Part shown: piece by piece, positions 41,006 to 53,189 of the stretch
Position numbering within the stretch: position 1 is the first letter of the stretch
How the letters are laid out: every line of letters starts with the position of its first letter
Source: Camelus ferus
Lineage: Eukaryota
Direction: 5' to 3'
NCBI RefSeq assembly: GCF_009834535.1
Contig: NC_045696.1
Span: 59,708,001 to 59,772,000 of the forward strand
Length of the DNA stretch: 64,000 nt
The notes under the pieces: generated by a model
What the model was told of the DNA's origin: nothing
The model's database searches: none
What the model saw: only the letters and a program-made list of their open reading frames with translations
Position numbers and translations under genes: made by a program

Positions 41006-41305
41006 ACTCAGAAGTCCAGGCTGGCTGGAGCCTGGAAGTCACTCATTTTACACTGAGGAAACTGAGGCCCAGAGAGCGGTAGACACAGAGTTCTCTTAGT
41101 TCTGAGCTTCTTTTGGTAACTACATCAGAGTTTCCATGCAGACCTGTGCCGGGTATTTATGGAATGGCAAGAGGGAGGGACCTGATTCCGTCGGGAGGCA
41201 GGGATAAGAGTTGCCATGGAGACCTGTTGCTACTAGGGACTAATTGTGAAATGTTTTCGTTTCTGGAATTCCATGTTTCATCTCCAAAGTCTAACTTCCT
41301 CCTTC

Positions 41306-41324
41306 CCTCCACGAGGTGGCGCTA
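41306..41324 (+). promoter_or_regulatory. Strong CTCF motif
   Basis: CCTCCACGAGGTGGCGCTA matches the CCASYAGRKGGCRS core closely. Motif match only. Confidence 0.55.
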
Positions 41325-41709
41325 GCAGGCTGCATTATTGGTGCTGCCCTGCTCTTCCATGGGCCTTGGGGCTTTTTTCACCTGGAGAATAGCAACTAAA
41401 ACCTGATTCTCCATCCTCCACACACACAGCCACACTCTGTGCTCCCCCTCACCCAGCCCCCTTTTCTCTGAAGACTACGGAAGAATTGTGTCAGGAAGTT
41501 GTGTGGAATTTGAAATTGCAGGTGCAGCCCCTCGGCCCTTTGAAGTAGCCACCAGAGAAGCTCGTGGTGCCAGGGAAGGGAAAAGCAGAGGAACTGGGGT
41601 GTATGGTTGTCTGAAGTCTCACCAAGGGGGAAACTGGGGCACAGAGAGGTTAGACTTGTGTGGGTGAAATGAGATAAAATATACAAAACACTTAGAACAT
41701 TGCCTGGCA

Positions 41710-41826
41710 GGGGGAAGGTACAGCTCAGTGGTAGAGCACATGCTTAGCATGCACGAGGCCCTGGGTTCAATCCGTAGTACCTCCTCTAAAAATAAATAAA
41801 CCTAATTAGAACAAAAAAACAACAAC
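41710..41826 (+). mobile_element. Camelid tRNA-derived SINE (Vic-1-like)
   Basis: GGGGGAAGGTACAGCTCAGTGGTAGAGCACATGCTTAGCATGCACGAGGCCCTGGGTTCAATCC...; A-rich tail; CCTGGCA repeated on both flanks. Confidence 0.85.
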
Positions 41827-43101
41827 AGCTCCTGGCACTCAGCACATCTTAAAAAAAAAAAAAAAAAAAAAAGCTCCTGGCACTCAGCACATCTTAGTTG
41901 TCATAAGTTACAGTTATTGTATCACTTATCATAGATTATTCAGTGACATAACTATAGACTCCCACGAGTCCAGTCTAGAGACAAAACCCCATCTCCAGAG
42001 ACAAAACCAAGGACAGCAATTTATTTTCTGGGAAAGGCTAACTGGTCATACACCTCCAAGTGTGGGGAAGTCCATCAGTAAGGACTTTTGCATCAAGGGA
42101 AGACCTGAAATTTCTTGCCCCAGGCTTGGCCTCCCTAATCTCTGGCTGGGTGCATCCCCTCCCTGTCCTGGCTCAGCCACCCCTATGTGTACATAATATG
42201 TGTGGCAGTAGCAAACCCACAACCAAGATGCAGAGTCAGAGTGGTCTGTGATCCAGAGGTGGGAGATGGAGGCACTCAGGGTAAGAACTCCAGTGGGAGG
42301 GAGCTGAGGATGATGGATGCAAAATAGAGGCAGGAGAGAAAGCAGGGAGGGTGTCACAGAACTTTCCAGCTAACCTTGCCGCCATCGTGGCTTCTTACAG
42401 GCACCACCTCCAGTCCCCCCCCCCCCCCCATTTCCTTGGCTCTTCCTGTTTGCAGGCTGTTTGCTCTCTCCAAGCCTAGGCTGATTAAGCTGGGCCTTAT
42501 AATGGCAACCTCCGAGCTCTTTCTGCCCTCTCATCTCTTTGGGCTCAGGACATACAGGTGCCCGACTCCCAGCAGTCAGGCTTAAGTCTCTGTTCTCCGT
42601 GGAGCATCCTTATGGCCCCAACAAGGCCTCATCTGGAAGAATGTGCCCCAACTTGGAAAATCCCCTCCCTCTCTCTGTCTGGAGTGCTGGCCTCTTAGCA
42701 GAAATTCCTTAAGCTGTTCCCCCTCCCATCCAGCTGGCAGCCGCTGGCCACCTGGCCTGCTCTTCTGTCAGGGTGATTTGTCTCTGGCGGGAGCTCCACC
42801 TTCTAAGTTATTCCCAACGGGACTGAGAATTCCTAAACGTTCTTCTGGGGGTTGTGGGAGAGGATAAGTCTTACTGGAAGTCAGAATCCAGTTCTTTTTC
42901 CATCCTTAGAAGGCAGCTGGTCCTCTTAACCTTCGAGAGACCATCAGGCCAGTGCTCCTCCGGGCTGTGAGAAGCAGGGAAGTTTCTGTATGATCTGCTG
43001 AATTCCATGTGAGTGCTCAGGCCACGACTGCCACCCCCAGAAACAGAGGCCCAGAACCCCAAATGTCAGCACCGAAGGGGGAGGGTAGAGAACCACTCTA
43101 C

Positions 43102-43271
43102 CAGGGTTCTCAACCCCACTGCCTAGAATCATCTGGAAGTGTTACCAAATGACAAGGCCCAGACCCCACCTGGAATGTGAGGAATTGGAATTTCCCGAGT
43201 GGGCCCGAGGGCCCAGGTATTTTAAATGCTCCTCAGGTGAATCCCAGGGACGGCAGAGCTGAGAACCACTG
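43102..43271 (+). mobile_element. MER5-family DNA transposon
   Basis: CAGGGTTCTCAACC...TAGAATCATCTGG...CTGAGAACCACTG TIRs. Confidence 0.65.
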
Positions 43272-45344
43272 CACTAGGCAGTTTCCTCTCTTACAGGGGC
43301 CCCTTTGGGCCCAGGAAAGCAAGGTGACTTCCCCAGAGCCCTGGGGAGAGTTGGTGGCAGAGCTGGAGAGGACTTGGGGCTCCCGCCTCCTCGACCCACA
43401 GCTCTGCAGGCCGCCTGCTCCTGGGCTTCCGGGAGGCGTGGGACCGGTCTCCGGGCTCTCCCTCCTGGGCCTTTCATCCTGTGGGTGCTTTACTCACTAG
43501 AAAGAGCCTGGTGTCCCTGGCTGGAGCAGAATGGCTCTGAGCAGCATGCTGGATAGCAGGCTGAATGGGGTCCAGCTCTGATAGGGGCCAGCCAACCCTG
43601 GGAGCTGGTCCAGCCGGTCCCACAGATTTGCTGAAGGATGGGAACTCCCTGCACTTTCTGCTTCCAGGAGCCAAAATGTGCCTTTCCTATCTCCTCTGCT
43701 ATCAAATCCAGACACTTAAAGTCTCCTCCTGCCTACTGACTCCAGAGAGTTCACTACAGGTCTCTCTCTCTTTTTAGTAATTCTGCATTAGGAGTAACCA
43801 ATCAGCAATGAAACCCTCAGGTTTTTAGTTTACTCCGTGGCATCAAACATGAGGCTTTACCATGGGAAGCTGGAAAAAAAAAATAGTTGAAGGATGAATA
43901 TTCCCAAAACATAGGCTTTCAGGTATGAAGTGACATGTTAAAACTACAGCTTGCTGGTCTCCACTCCTACTCCATCTGTGGTGGACCACATCTGTAATTG
44001 GCCAGCTGTGAGGTAGCCACTTTGAAATGCAGAACTCACTCCCTCGAAGAACAAAATTATACATGGAAGTGTAATGAATGAGTTAGGAATAGGTTTCCAC
44101 GCCAGCCTACAAAATTTTATTTAAGAGTAATGTAACTGAATGGTATGTTTGCAATGAAGAATAGTGTCAAGGTTGTTCTTTAAAATCACTGTTGGATAAG
44201 GATAACTAAAACCAAAAAATAATGCATTTGAATGAGAACTGTAATTAAGTTGAGTGCTAATACTTCTTGAAGAAAAATGCATTTTAAGATAGATGAAGAT
44301 GTATTTGTAGAGACTCTGAAAGTAGTTCCTAGTCATTTTTCAAAATTATCAAAGGTTAGAATTAAAACTTTCTCTTTTTATAACCGAATAAAATTGGTCC
44401 TTGATTAGATTCATTTCACTTCATAACATTGAATTTTATGGGTTCTTGGAATCTTAGAATTGAAAAGCATCTCGAAAGTCTTGTGGTTCACTCTCTCCCC
44501 TAATATAGGGACCCTCTTCTAAAATGTCTCTTTTGGGTGACCAGCCAAGCAACACTTGAGCACTCCCAGGGATGGGGAGCTATTACTTTTAGAGGATGCC
44601 TGTTGCATTTTAGTGCAATTCTGATGGTTAGAAAATTCCTCTTATTTAGTCCTGAAATTCCAATACTTCCTGCTCATCCCTCCTCCTGTTCTCCCCTCCT
44701 CAGTCCCCCACTTGAAACCCACCAGTCCTGATTCTCATTCTCCATCTCCTTCTGATCTTTATCAAGAGCAAAGTAACTCGATTTGCATCTAAAATGATAG
44801 ATCCTTCTTTCCTAAAGGACAATTTAATAAGAGCCCAGCAATTCCTCCATACAGCTTCATTAAATCCTTAGAGCAGAACAAAACATTTTGGATTGAATTC
44901 AACAATCCTGCCTTGTTTCAGGTGATTGTTCAGATGTGTGGTTTTAAAGTCGTCCTTGAATTTAGGAAGTTCCAGGCTTAACCCTGTACATTGGTGCCTG
45001 GCCTCTCACGCACACACCTCTGATCTTGTCCCCTTTTCTCTGGGCTCAGGGCATAGTGGTAACTGCCTTCCACTCTGAGGCTCTCCACAGGCCGCTCTCT
45101 TTCCCTGGTTATTCCCTATAGTTTTTCATTATGTTGCTTGTTCTAAAATAGCACCTTTATTACCTTTCATCCGTATCTTCCTGATTTACCTCTAGGATCC
45201 CTCCCAGTTCTAAAAATGTGTGCTTTTTTTTTCTCTCTATCCAAATCAGGCAAGTACCCTTAGTAACCTAAAGTGATAAACCTGAGTGTCTGATGTTTAA
45301 TCCATCCAAGCATAGCATAAACATCTTCACTTTGAAGTCCAATT

Positions 45345-45424
45345 TATTAGGTTGAACCACATGAATTACCATTTTTGTAGTCAAAAATGGCTGAATACCA
45401 GCAATTTTAAATGATTCAACCTAA
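45345..45424. mobile_element. MADE2-like Tc1/mariner MITE
   Basis: 80-bp palindromic element TATTAGGTTGAACCACATGAATT...AATTTTAAATGATTCAACCTAA. Confidence 0.8.
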
Positions 45425-47614
45425 GGAGTTACAATCAGTCTATCTTTTCCTTGGAAGTGTACTTGCTAATCTTTGAGAAACCAGGGGAGGGTTTGGTACT
45501 CAGGAAGTCATATGGGCCGGGAAGAGGATGGGGTTTGGCACAAGTAGAAAAATCACTTTGTCTTAAGTTTCTGCATCTCTGAGGGAAGCTGATAAAAATC
45601 TCTCTCTCTCAGAGTTACTGGGAGGCTCAGAGGCAACACTGTTAAGTGAAAGTGTTTTTAAACTGTGAAGTTGGTCTTTTTGTTATGTGCACAGGCTAAT
45701 GGTTGAGAATAAGACAAAAGTGACCCTGCTATGCATGAGGCCACACGATGAGATGGTGAGAGGCGTGGAGTAACTAAGAGTCTTGGGGTGGAAGGCCTGG
45801 GTGTGAATCCCAGCCCAACCACTGACTAGTTGATAACCTTGGACAAGATGCTTAAAATCTATAAAATGAGCAATAGTGCTGACGTCCCTTGGGTTTGACT
45901 TCTGGTCTGCGTGTACCGCACTAGAGACAGTCAGTTACTGTTAATTTCCCCGCCTGCCCTTTGTCCCAGCTCTGATACCTCTATAGGGATGAGCCTGAAT
46001 CCTCTCCAGTGCTGCTCAAGGGGTCAAGGTTCTGTTTCTAGTTTCATCCATAGATTTTGCAAAGGCCTGACATTGTCCCTAGTCTGCGCTCTCCCCATTC
46101 CCTCAGCTCCTGTTCCTGGCCTACCCCAGGTCCTCTCTGCAGTCTTCCAGGAGTAGGTCCATCTGGCTCTGTGACTTCCCAAGATATGATGGTTTCCTCC
46201 TCTCTTCTTTCTTTTGCCTTCTACCCAGAGGGTGGAAATAATATATGATTTATTTGAGCTGAAAATTCAAGTTTTTCCCTGGCTTGTACCTCTCAGTGCC
46301 CTTTCAGTGATTAACTCTGCTCATGGAAGGTGGGTAACATTCGGACCCCACCACAGAGATGGGCTGACCTATGTGATGGAGGACTGTGCTGAGATATTGA
46401 GTGCTTAGGTGGGCATAAATGTGTCCTTCCTCAATTCAAAGAAGAGAAGGACAAAGGGGAATTTTGTGAAAATGGCCTTATTTTATTCTTAACTGAAATT
46501 TTTCCACTTACCTGTCTGTGTTAGGATCGGCCAGAAATGGCTCAATAGTTACTAAGTTACTGACCAACAAACAGTCTGGGAGTCCTCCCAGGATACAGTT
46601 TCAGGAAGAGGGAGATGTAGATGCCATCCAGTCCACACTCTTCCCTTTTATTTATTTATTTTTTCCTTTTAAGACCAAGGGAGCAGTAAAGACAGTTAGA
46701 AATTGCCCCAAGCCTGCTTTGTTCTGGGTGTGATCTCCTGCCTGTGACTGGCTCCTATCCATCTGATATTACTTAGGATATCAAAGGGCTCAGAAGTGAA
46801 ACCTCAAATAGGAACATGTCAGGCCAGTGTGGTGCTGCCTCCAAGGAGAACTGAAGCAGGAAGAAACGAGCTGTCAAGAGAAAGAACTGATCTCTCTGGG
46901 ACCCTCCCCAGAGAGCCTGCCCTCCTTTTTGTAGCCAGCCTGCTGACACCTGGCTTATGCCAGATGCCTGTTTCAGCAGCATGTTCTTGTGCATCCTGGT
47001 GTAACTCTGTGACTCCCACATGAGGATGGTGCCTCTTATCATCCAGAGGGGAGAGAGGGTGAAGCTTGAAGAGCGTCTTTGCTCCTCGGAGCCTATGAGC
47101 CAGCTCAGAGCTGATGGAGCTGAGCTCAAATTTGAGCCTCGGATTCAGTCCCAGAGAGGACAGGCTGCCCTGATTGTGCTTGCTGAGGAGAAGCTGGAGA
47201 TGGATGATGGAGAGGGGGTCATCCCAGAAAACAGAGCGTTCCCTACAGAGAAGATGATGTGAGTCTCTTAGTCGAGCTAGCTAAGCCGAAACCACTTTCC
47301 CCCTCCAAAAGCTGGGGACCTAGAAATGACATGCATTGAATGTGCTTGGGAAGCAGAGGTGGAGCAGTAGTGGTCCAAGGGCTGGGGATGCGCCCACCCT
47401 GTCTGCTCAGGGAGGGTCAGAGGTGAAAGTATCTTAAAGGTGTTGAGGAGCAGCCGTTGCTTCGGCCCAAGGTGCTTTAAGCAACGGGGTTGTGATGCTA
47501 CTTGGCCAAACACAGTGGTCAGGAACCCCCTTGCCTCAGTGCCCTCCTCTGTGTCCCTTGAACCTTGAAAACAACTCCCCCTCCTCCAGGACCCCTGTAG
47601 GATTGAAACTGCAG

Positions 47615-47988
47615 TCAGAAGCCCTGTGTTCCTTCTGGAGGCTTTAGGGAAGAGGCTGCTCCCTCACCTTTTCCATCTTCCCAAGGCCACCTGCATTCTT
47701 TGGCTTGCAGTGCCTTCCTCCATCTTCAAAGCCAGCAATGTGGTACCTCTCTGATCCCTCTTCCAAAGTCACATCTCCCTCTGACCACAGCAGGAAAGGT
47801 TCTCTGCTCCTAAGGACTCATGGGATTACATTGTGCTCACCTGGATGATCCAGGATACCCTCCCCATTGCAGGGTCCTTAACTTAATCACATCTGCAAAG
47901 TCCCTTCTGCCGTGTAAGGTAACATATTTGCAGTTTCTGGGGATTAGGGTGTGGACATCTGTGGGGAGGGTTCATACTTCCTACCACA
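47615..47988. mobile_element. MaLR LTR (MLT1C/D-like)
   Basis: TTCCTTCTGGAGGC...TCCATCTTCAAAGCCAGCAAT...AACTTAATCACATCTGCAAAGTCCCTT...GGGATTAGGGTGTGGACATCT...CCTACCACA. Confidence 0.75.
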
Positions 47989-50047
47989 TGCTGCCACCTC
48001 CTGGCCATCCTGCCTCACGGAGCTCTTCCCCAGTTGAGCCACGCACTCTCCCACCTAGCACTCAAACCTTGTGTTCCCTCTGCTGGAACATTCTGGATAC
48101 CCCAGGTCCTCTTATACCTGGACAGCGTGCCACCACACTTCCTCCATGTCTCTGCTTGAATGTTATCTAACTAGAGAGGTCTCCCCTCACTCCCACCCTC
48201 TACCATCACACTGTAAACCCACGTCCCTGTTTTACTCTCCCTCATTGCAATTATGTCACTACCTGACATATTTATCAATGTTTATTGTCTCTTCCTCCCA
48301 CTGCCCCCGAGATTCCCCCTACAAGTGCAGGGATTTTGTCTATTTTGTTCATTACTCTATCCCTGGTGTCTAGAGCAGCGACTGGCATGTAAGAAGTTCT
48401 CAGTAAATATTTACAGGAAGGGAGGGAGGGAGGGAGCAGGGGGAGGGAAGAAGGACCAAGTATCAAGGACCCCTAAGAGAGTTTATGTGTGAAGGACCAG
48501 GCTCCGTGTGTCCTCCATTCCTGAAGAATCGTAGAGGAAACTGGTGAAAGCTTTAGCAGGAGGGAATGGGAACGAGAAACAATGTTCCAATGCTAGGAGT
48601 TCTGACTGAGAGAGTCTTTGAAATCCTGCTTCCTGGGAAGTCTTCTCTGGGGACACAAGGGCTAAGCACCCCTCATTTATTTGGAATGGTTGAAAATACA
48701 GAAATACAAGGATGGGCAGCATCTTCTACATCCCTCCTAGTATTGAAATCTTCTATAAACTGACCTGAGTTACATCAAGGCAAAATCCACTTTGCATTTA
48801 AGGTATCAGAAACTGCTTCATCGCACCCCATGAATCTACATGCTGTGAGACAGCTGCTACTTCTGCCTGTGGGAGGGAAGGTGGCATTGACCGTTAGGAT
48901 GAAAATACCATCCCTTGTAGTGGACACTTAGAAGTGGAAAGACTTCCCAAATTGGAACTCAGTCAGAGTGATAGACTAGCACTTCTCACTGCCCTACTTT
49001 GGGAACGCTTTGACCTACTTAGAAGTGAACGTTTCTGGAAGTAGATAAAACCTGGAGTGGTTTGTTTGTAGCAACTTCAGCTGCAGCTATTTATTGATAA
49101 ATAGCTTGTCTCCTCCTGAGCTTGGATCTCCAGGAACCCGTCCTGGCTGCCTGCAGCTCCACCTCACTGTCCCCCAGAAGTGCATGTGCACACTGGCTGT
49201 TCGGGGGAGACCCCTGGGTCCTTTGTGAAACCCCATGGTCTTCTCACCATCGCCTGGACCACCCTCACCTGGGGCTTGGTTCAGACCAGAGGGTGATCGG
49301 TGATATTTCCTTCCTGAAAAACAGAGGGTGACTGGCAGGGTGAACTCGGGCTTAACTTTGAGCCTAAGTGAGACAGCCATAAGGAGGCAGACAGGTGTCA
49401 GGTGGGCAGGCACAGAGGGACAGAGGGACACGCTTACAGGGCATAGTTGAAAATGGATCGGACGAGCTCAGTGGAGGTTTAGTCCTTGGAGTCTGGGAGC
49501 TGTCACTAGGTGGATGGAGGCACCCACAGGGCCAGCAGTGGTACAGTGGTTAGCCCACACTAGACAGGAAAGATGAGAAGAGATTACTGTGCATAATGCT
49601 GGCAACCATGCTTTTTCTGTAGACATAACTATAAAATAAAGCAAATTACCCGGGAATGGTTGTTGGACATGGACATGACACAATTTTGAAAGACATATTT
49701 GGAGTTCAAATTAAATACAGAAGCAATCTACAATATACCTCCTTTCTTTTTAATTTTAAGTGTTTCTAGTCACTGATAATTGTTATCTCAGTTCCTCATC
49801 TTCACATAAAGATGTAACTTCTACTTTATGTCCAGTCCCATTCTGTCCCCAGTTTCTTTTTTCTGCCAAAAAAAAAAAAAAATTGAACTAGCTGCTTTTC
49901 CAGAACTCACCCTGCTTTCCTTTGTCTTTGCTCAGGGAACACGTTTTATTTGATTTATATTTCTCGTATCAGTTTCCCATATAAATTCCCATATACAGGT
50001 TAACTTAGTGACTTGCAGGTACTAGATATTCAAAAAACCAATTCTTT

Positions 50048-50293
50048 TTTTTTTAATTGAGCAATAGTCATTTTACAATGTTGTGTCAAATTCCAGTGTA
50101 GAGCACAATTTTTCAGTCATACATGAACATACATACATTCATTGTTGCATACTTTTTCACCGTGAGCTACCACAAGATCTTGTATATAGTTCCCTGTGCT
50201 ATACAGTATAAACTTGTTTATCTATTCTATGTATACCTGTCAGTATCTACAAATTTCGAACTCCCAGTCTGATCCTTCCCACCCTTCTCCCCC
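50048..50293 (-). mobile_element. 5'-truncated L1 3' end with perfect TSD
   Basis: Poly-T then AATTGAGCAATAGTCATTTTACAATGTTGTG...CCCTGTGCTATACAG. 17-bp TSD CAAAAAACCAATTCTTT at 50031-50047 and 50294-50310. Confidence 0.85.
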
Positions 50294-51976
50294 CAAAAAA
50301 CCAATTCTTTGTTGAATAAATGATCAGTACCTGGCAAGAACCTTAGAGTTTTAAGCCACAGTCACACGTGGAGGCCAGGACTGGAGAATTGGGGGAAAAT
50401 TATCAACCACTCTGTATCAGCCATCAGGCAGTTCACAGGTCAGAAACCTACACAAGGAAGATGAGCTCAGGAGTGTGTGGTTAGTAACTGGAGAGCATAG
50501 CAGGCAGTGGGAGAATGAGTCAAGGGACCGCTGTCAGAGTTGGAGTGAGTGAAAACATCTGTGTCTGTATCTACCACGCGGGAAGTAATCCCCGAGGCTC
50601 AAGGCCAGCGGTCCTTGGCCCTGACTTTACACCTGGGTCACGTACAGAACTTTGTGAAAACTCTAGATAGGACTCTGGATCCGAATCTGAGAGTGGCTGC
50701 TGAAGCCAGATTCTCTGCTGGAAGGAAAGGCAGGTAAGTGACTGGTTGGGGTGGGGCTGAGAAGGGCAGGCCTGTCCCCCACACTCACCAGAAACCACGC
50801 CCACAGCCCTCACGGAGCCTCTCTGGACATGTTCTGTAGGAGGTGTGCGCTGTACCTGTCACTGGAAGAAGGTTCTCACAGGAATCTCTAGGCCTGCCCT
50901 GGGGCTCAGATGCCATTTCTTCTGTCTCTGGGCTGAGCTCTCCCTAAGAAATGTGGATAAACACTGTGATTTTTTAAAACTCTGTTCCTGTAAATCTGAA
51001 GAGAATAAGTCTAAAGGAAAAAATCGGACATATATCTGTCCATGAAAAGGGCAGATGCCTGAGGTTACAGCCTAGTGTTCTTGACGCCCGTGACTAGCTT
51101 GGGAGAGGGCACTAGCCGTGGTACCAAGCCCAGCATTGCGGTGTACCTGGCCCAGCATGTCTGGAGGCTGAGACCAGCCCGAATTCTTTGGGGTTCACTG
51201 TTGTGGAAATGGAGATGAGATCAAATGGACACAGGGGTAGGTAGAGAGCTTAATTCATGTAAGACAGACTGACGGGAGGCATCAGTGAAGACAGACTCTG
51301 TCAAAAAAAAGAATCAGACTTAACTGTCTGGAAGTCAGGAACACTCTAAAGGTATTGCTCAGTGGCTCTTAGCCTGAACTTTGGGAGTGGGTGGGATGGA
51401 GTTGGAAAATCCTGAAACTATAGATATTCAACTGTCTTATGCAAAAAGATGTTTCTTTGGCATGGGGTGGGGGCTCAGATAAGGTCCAGAGATAGATAAA
51501 GCTTTGAGGGGAAAGCATATCTAGTTATTCAGGTGCTATCATCAAACCTCTCTCTCACCCACACACAGTATACATCTTTCTCTCATCTCATCTCTCCTCG
51601 TGTTGGCTTTATTCTTAGGCAGTGCCTGCCTATATGGTTGTTGCAAAGTGGCCTCCAGCTGCTTTAGGTTAACATTCTACCAACTGAAAGTTTGGGAAGG
51701 GGTTGCTGCTTTCCCAGTAGTTGTAGCTAAGGGCTCACGGTTTATGACCACTGGCTGAAACGGAGTCACGTGTCAAATCTGTACACAGTCCCTGTAGCTG
51801 ACTGGCCAAACCCAGGTCACAGGCCCATCCTTGGAGTGGAAGGTGAACGGAGGGAGGATGTCAACCAAAAACATAGTCTGAGAATGCAGAAGGCCTGGGT
51901 CCTCAAAGAAAAATCAAGGTTCTATTACAGAAAAGGGGGCACAGATTGCAAACTGATGGGAAGAAATTCACTACAC

Positions 51977-52162
51977 TAGTGGTTCTCAAAGTGTGGCTCC
52001 TGTACCAATGACATCAACATCACCTGGGAACTTGCAGAAATGCAAATCCTCAGGCCCCACCCCAGACCTACTGAATCAAAGTCTGGGAGCGGGGCCCAGT
52101 AACCCGAGGTTTAACTCACTGTCCAGGTGACTCTGATACACACTCAAGTTGGAGAACCGCCG
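51977..52162 (+). mobile_element. MER5A hAT-Charlie MITE, near full length
   Basis: TAGTGGTTCTCAAAGTGTGG...AGAAATGCAAATCCTCAGGCCCCACCCCAGACCTACTGAATCA...GAGAACCGCCG with terminal inverted repeats. Confidence 0.85.
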
Positions 52163-52171
52163 CACTGCACC

Positions 52172-52426
52172 GATGGTTCTCAAACTATGCTGCATGTTAC
52201 AAACATCAGGGGAGCTTTAAAGCACACTGATGCCCAGCCTCACCCAAAGTAAATTAATCTGAATCTTGAGAAGGATTAGGGGGTTGGGGGAGACCCAGGC
52301 ATCAATGGTTCTTAAACTTGGTTCCAACCTGGGAACACCCAGAGAACCTTAAAAAAATATTAATGTCTAAAATTAGAAGAGCTTCCTTGATAATTCTAAT
52401 AAGCATCAGTGTTTAAAAATCATTGC
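52172..52426 (+). mobile_element. Two further MER5-family fragments abutting MER5A
   Basis: GATGGTTCTCAAACT... and CAATGGTTCTTAAACTTG...GTTTAAAAATCATTG TIR-like ends. Confidence 0.6.
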
Positions 52427-53018
52427 CCTACCCTTCCCTCTCAATTGTCCAGAGGACGTTACCTTAAAACGCTGAGTTGTAGGTTAGAGGACTGAAGCAC
52501 TTATTTTCTTAAATCCCTTCACTCAAAACTTGGTCAGATTTCTAACACTGATTCCCTTTCCTTTCATGTGCACCTTCATGTTGGGTCTGTTCTAGTGGCT
52601 AGCTCCACAAGGGCTGCGATTGTTTGTTTGCAAATGTGGACCCAGTGTCTAGAACAGAGCCTGTCACATAGGAGACAAGAAGTGTTCGCTGAGTGAATGA
52701 ATCTGCCTGTAATCAGTCAGTGTCCTAGTAGTGTTCAAGACCTCCTTGCCAGGTTGTAGACATCCCTGGTCTCGTTCTGGAAGGCACATGAGGATGGCAG
52801 TGGGACTCTTGGGCTATTGATGCCTAGCCAGTTTCCTAGATGGCCAAAAATGTGCTGACCATATCAACTTAAGATGGGCAGGTTTTCCTAATGGCTTTAT
52901 GCCTGTAAGTTGAGAGTAGGATGGATTCCTGGATTATAAGGACCAATGGAAACATGCCTAATGGATCCTCTTCATAGAGACTAAGACTACTTTAGGGTCT
53001 ACTGGTACTCTGGTTTCT

Positions 53019-53189
53019 TTTTTTTAATTGAAGTATAGTTGTACAATATTATATAAGTTACAGGTGTACAATATAGTGATTCACAATTTTTAAAGGTTAT
53101 ATTCCATTTATAGTATCAAATATTTGCTATATTCCCCATGTTGTACAATATATCCTTATAGCTTATTTTATACCTAATAATTTCTGCTT
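53019..53189 (-). mobile_element. 5'-truncated L1 3' end
   Basis: TTTTTAATTGAAGTATAGTTGTACAATATTATATAAGTTACAGGTGTACAA... Near-perfect TSD CTCTGGTTTCT (53008-53018) / CTCTGATTTCT (53190-53200). Confidence 0.8.
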
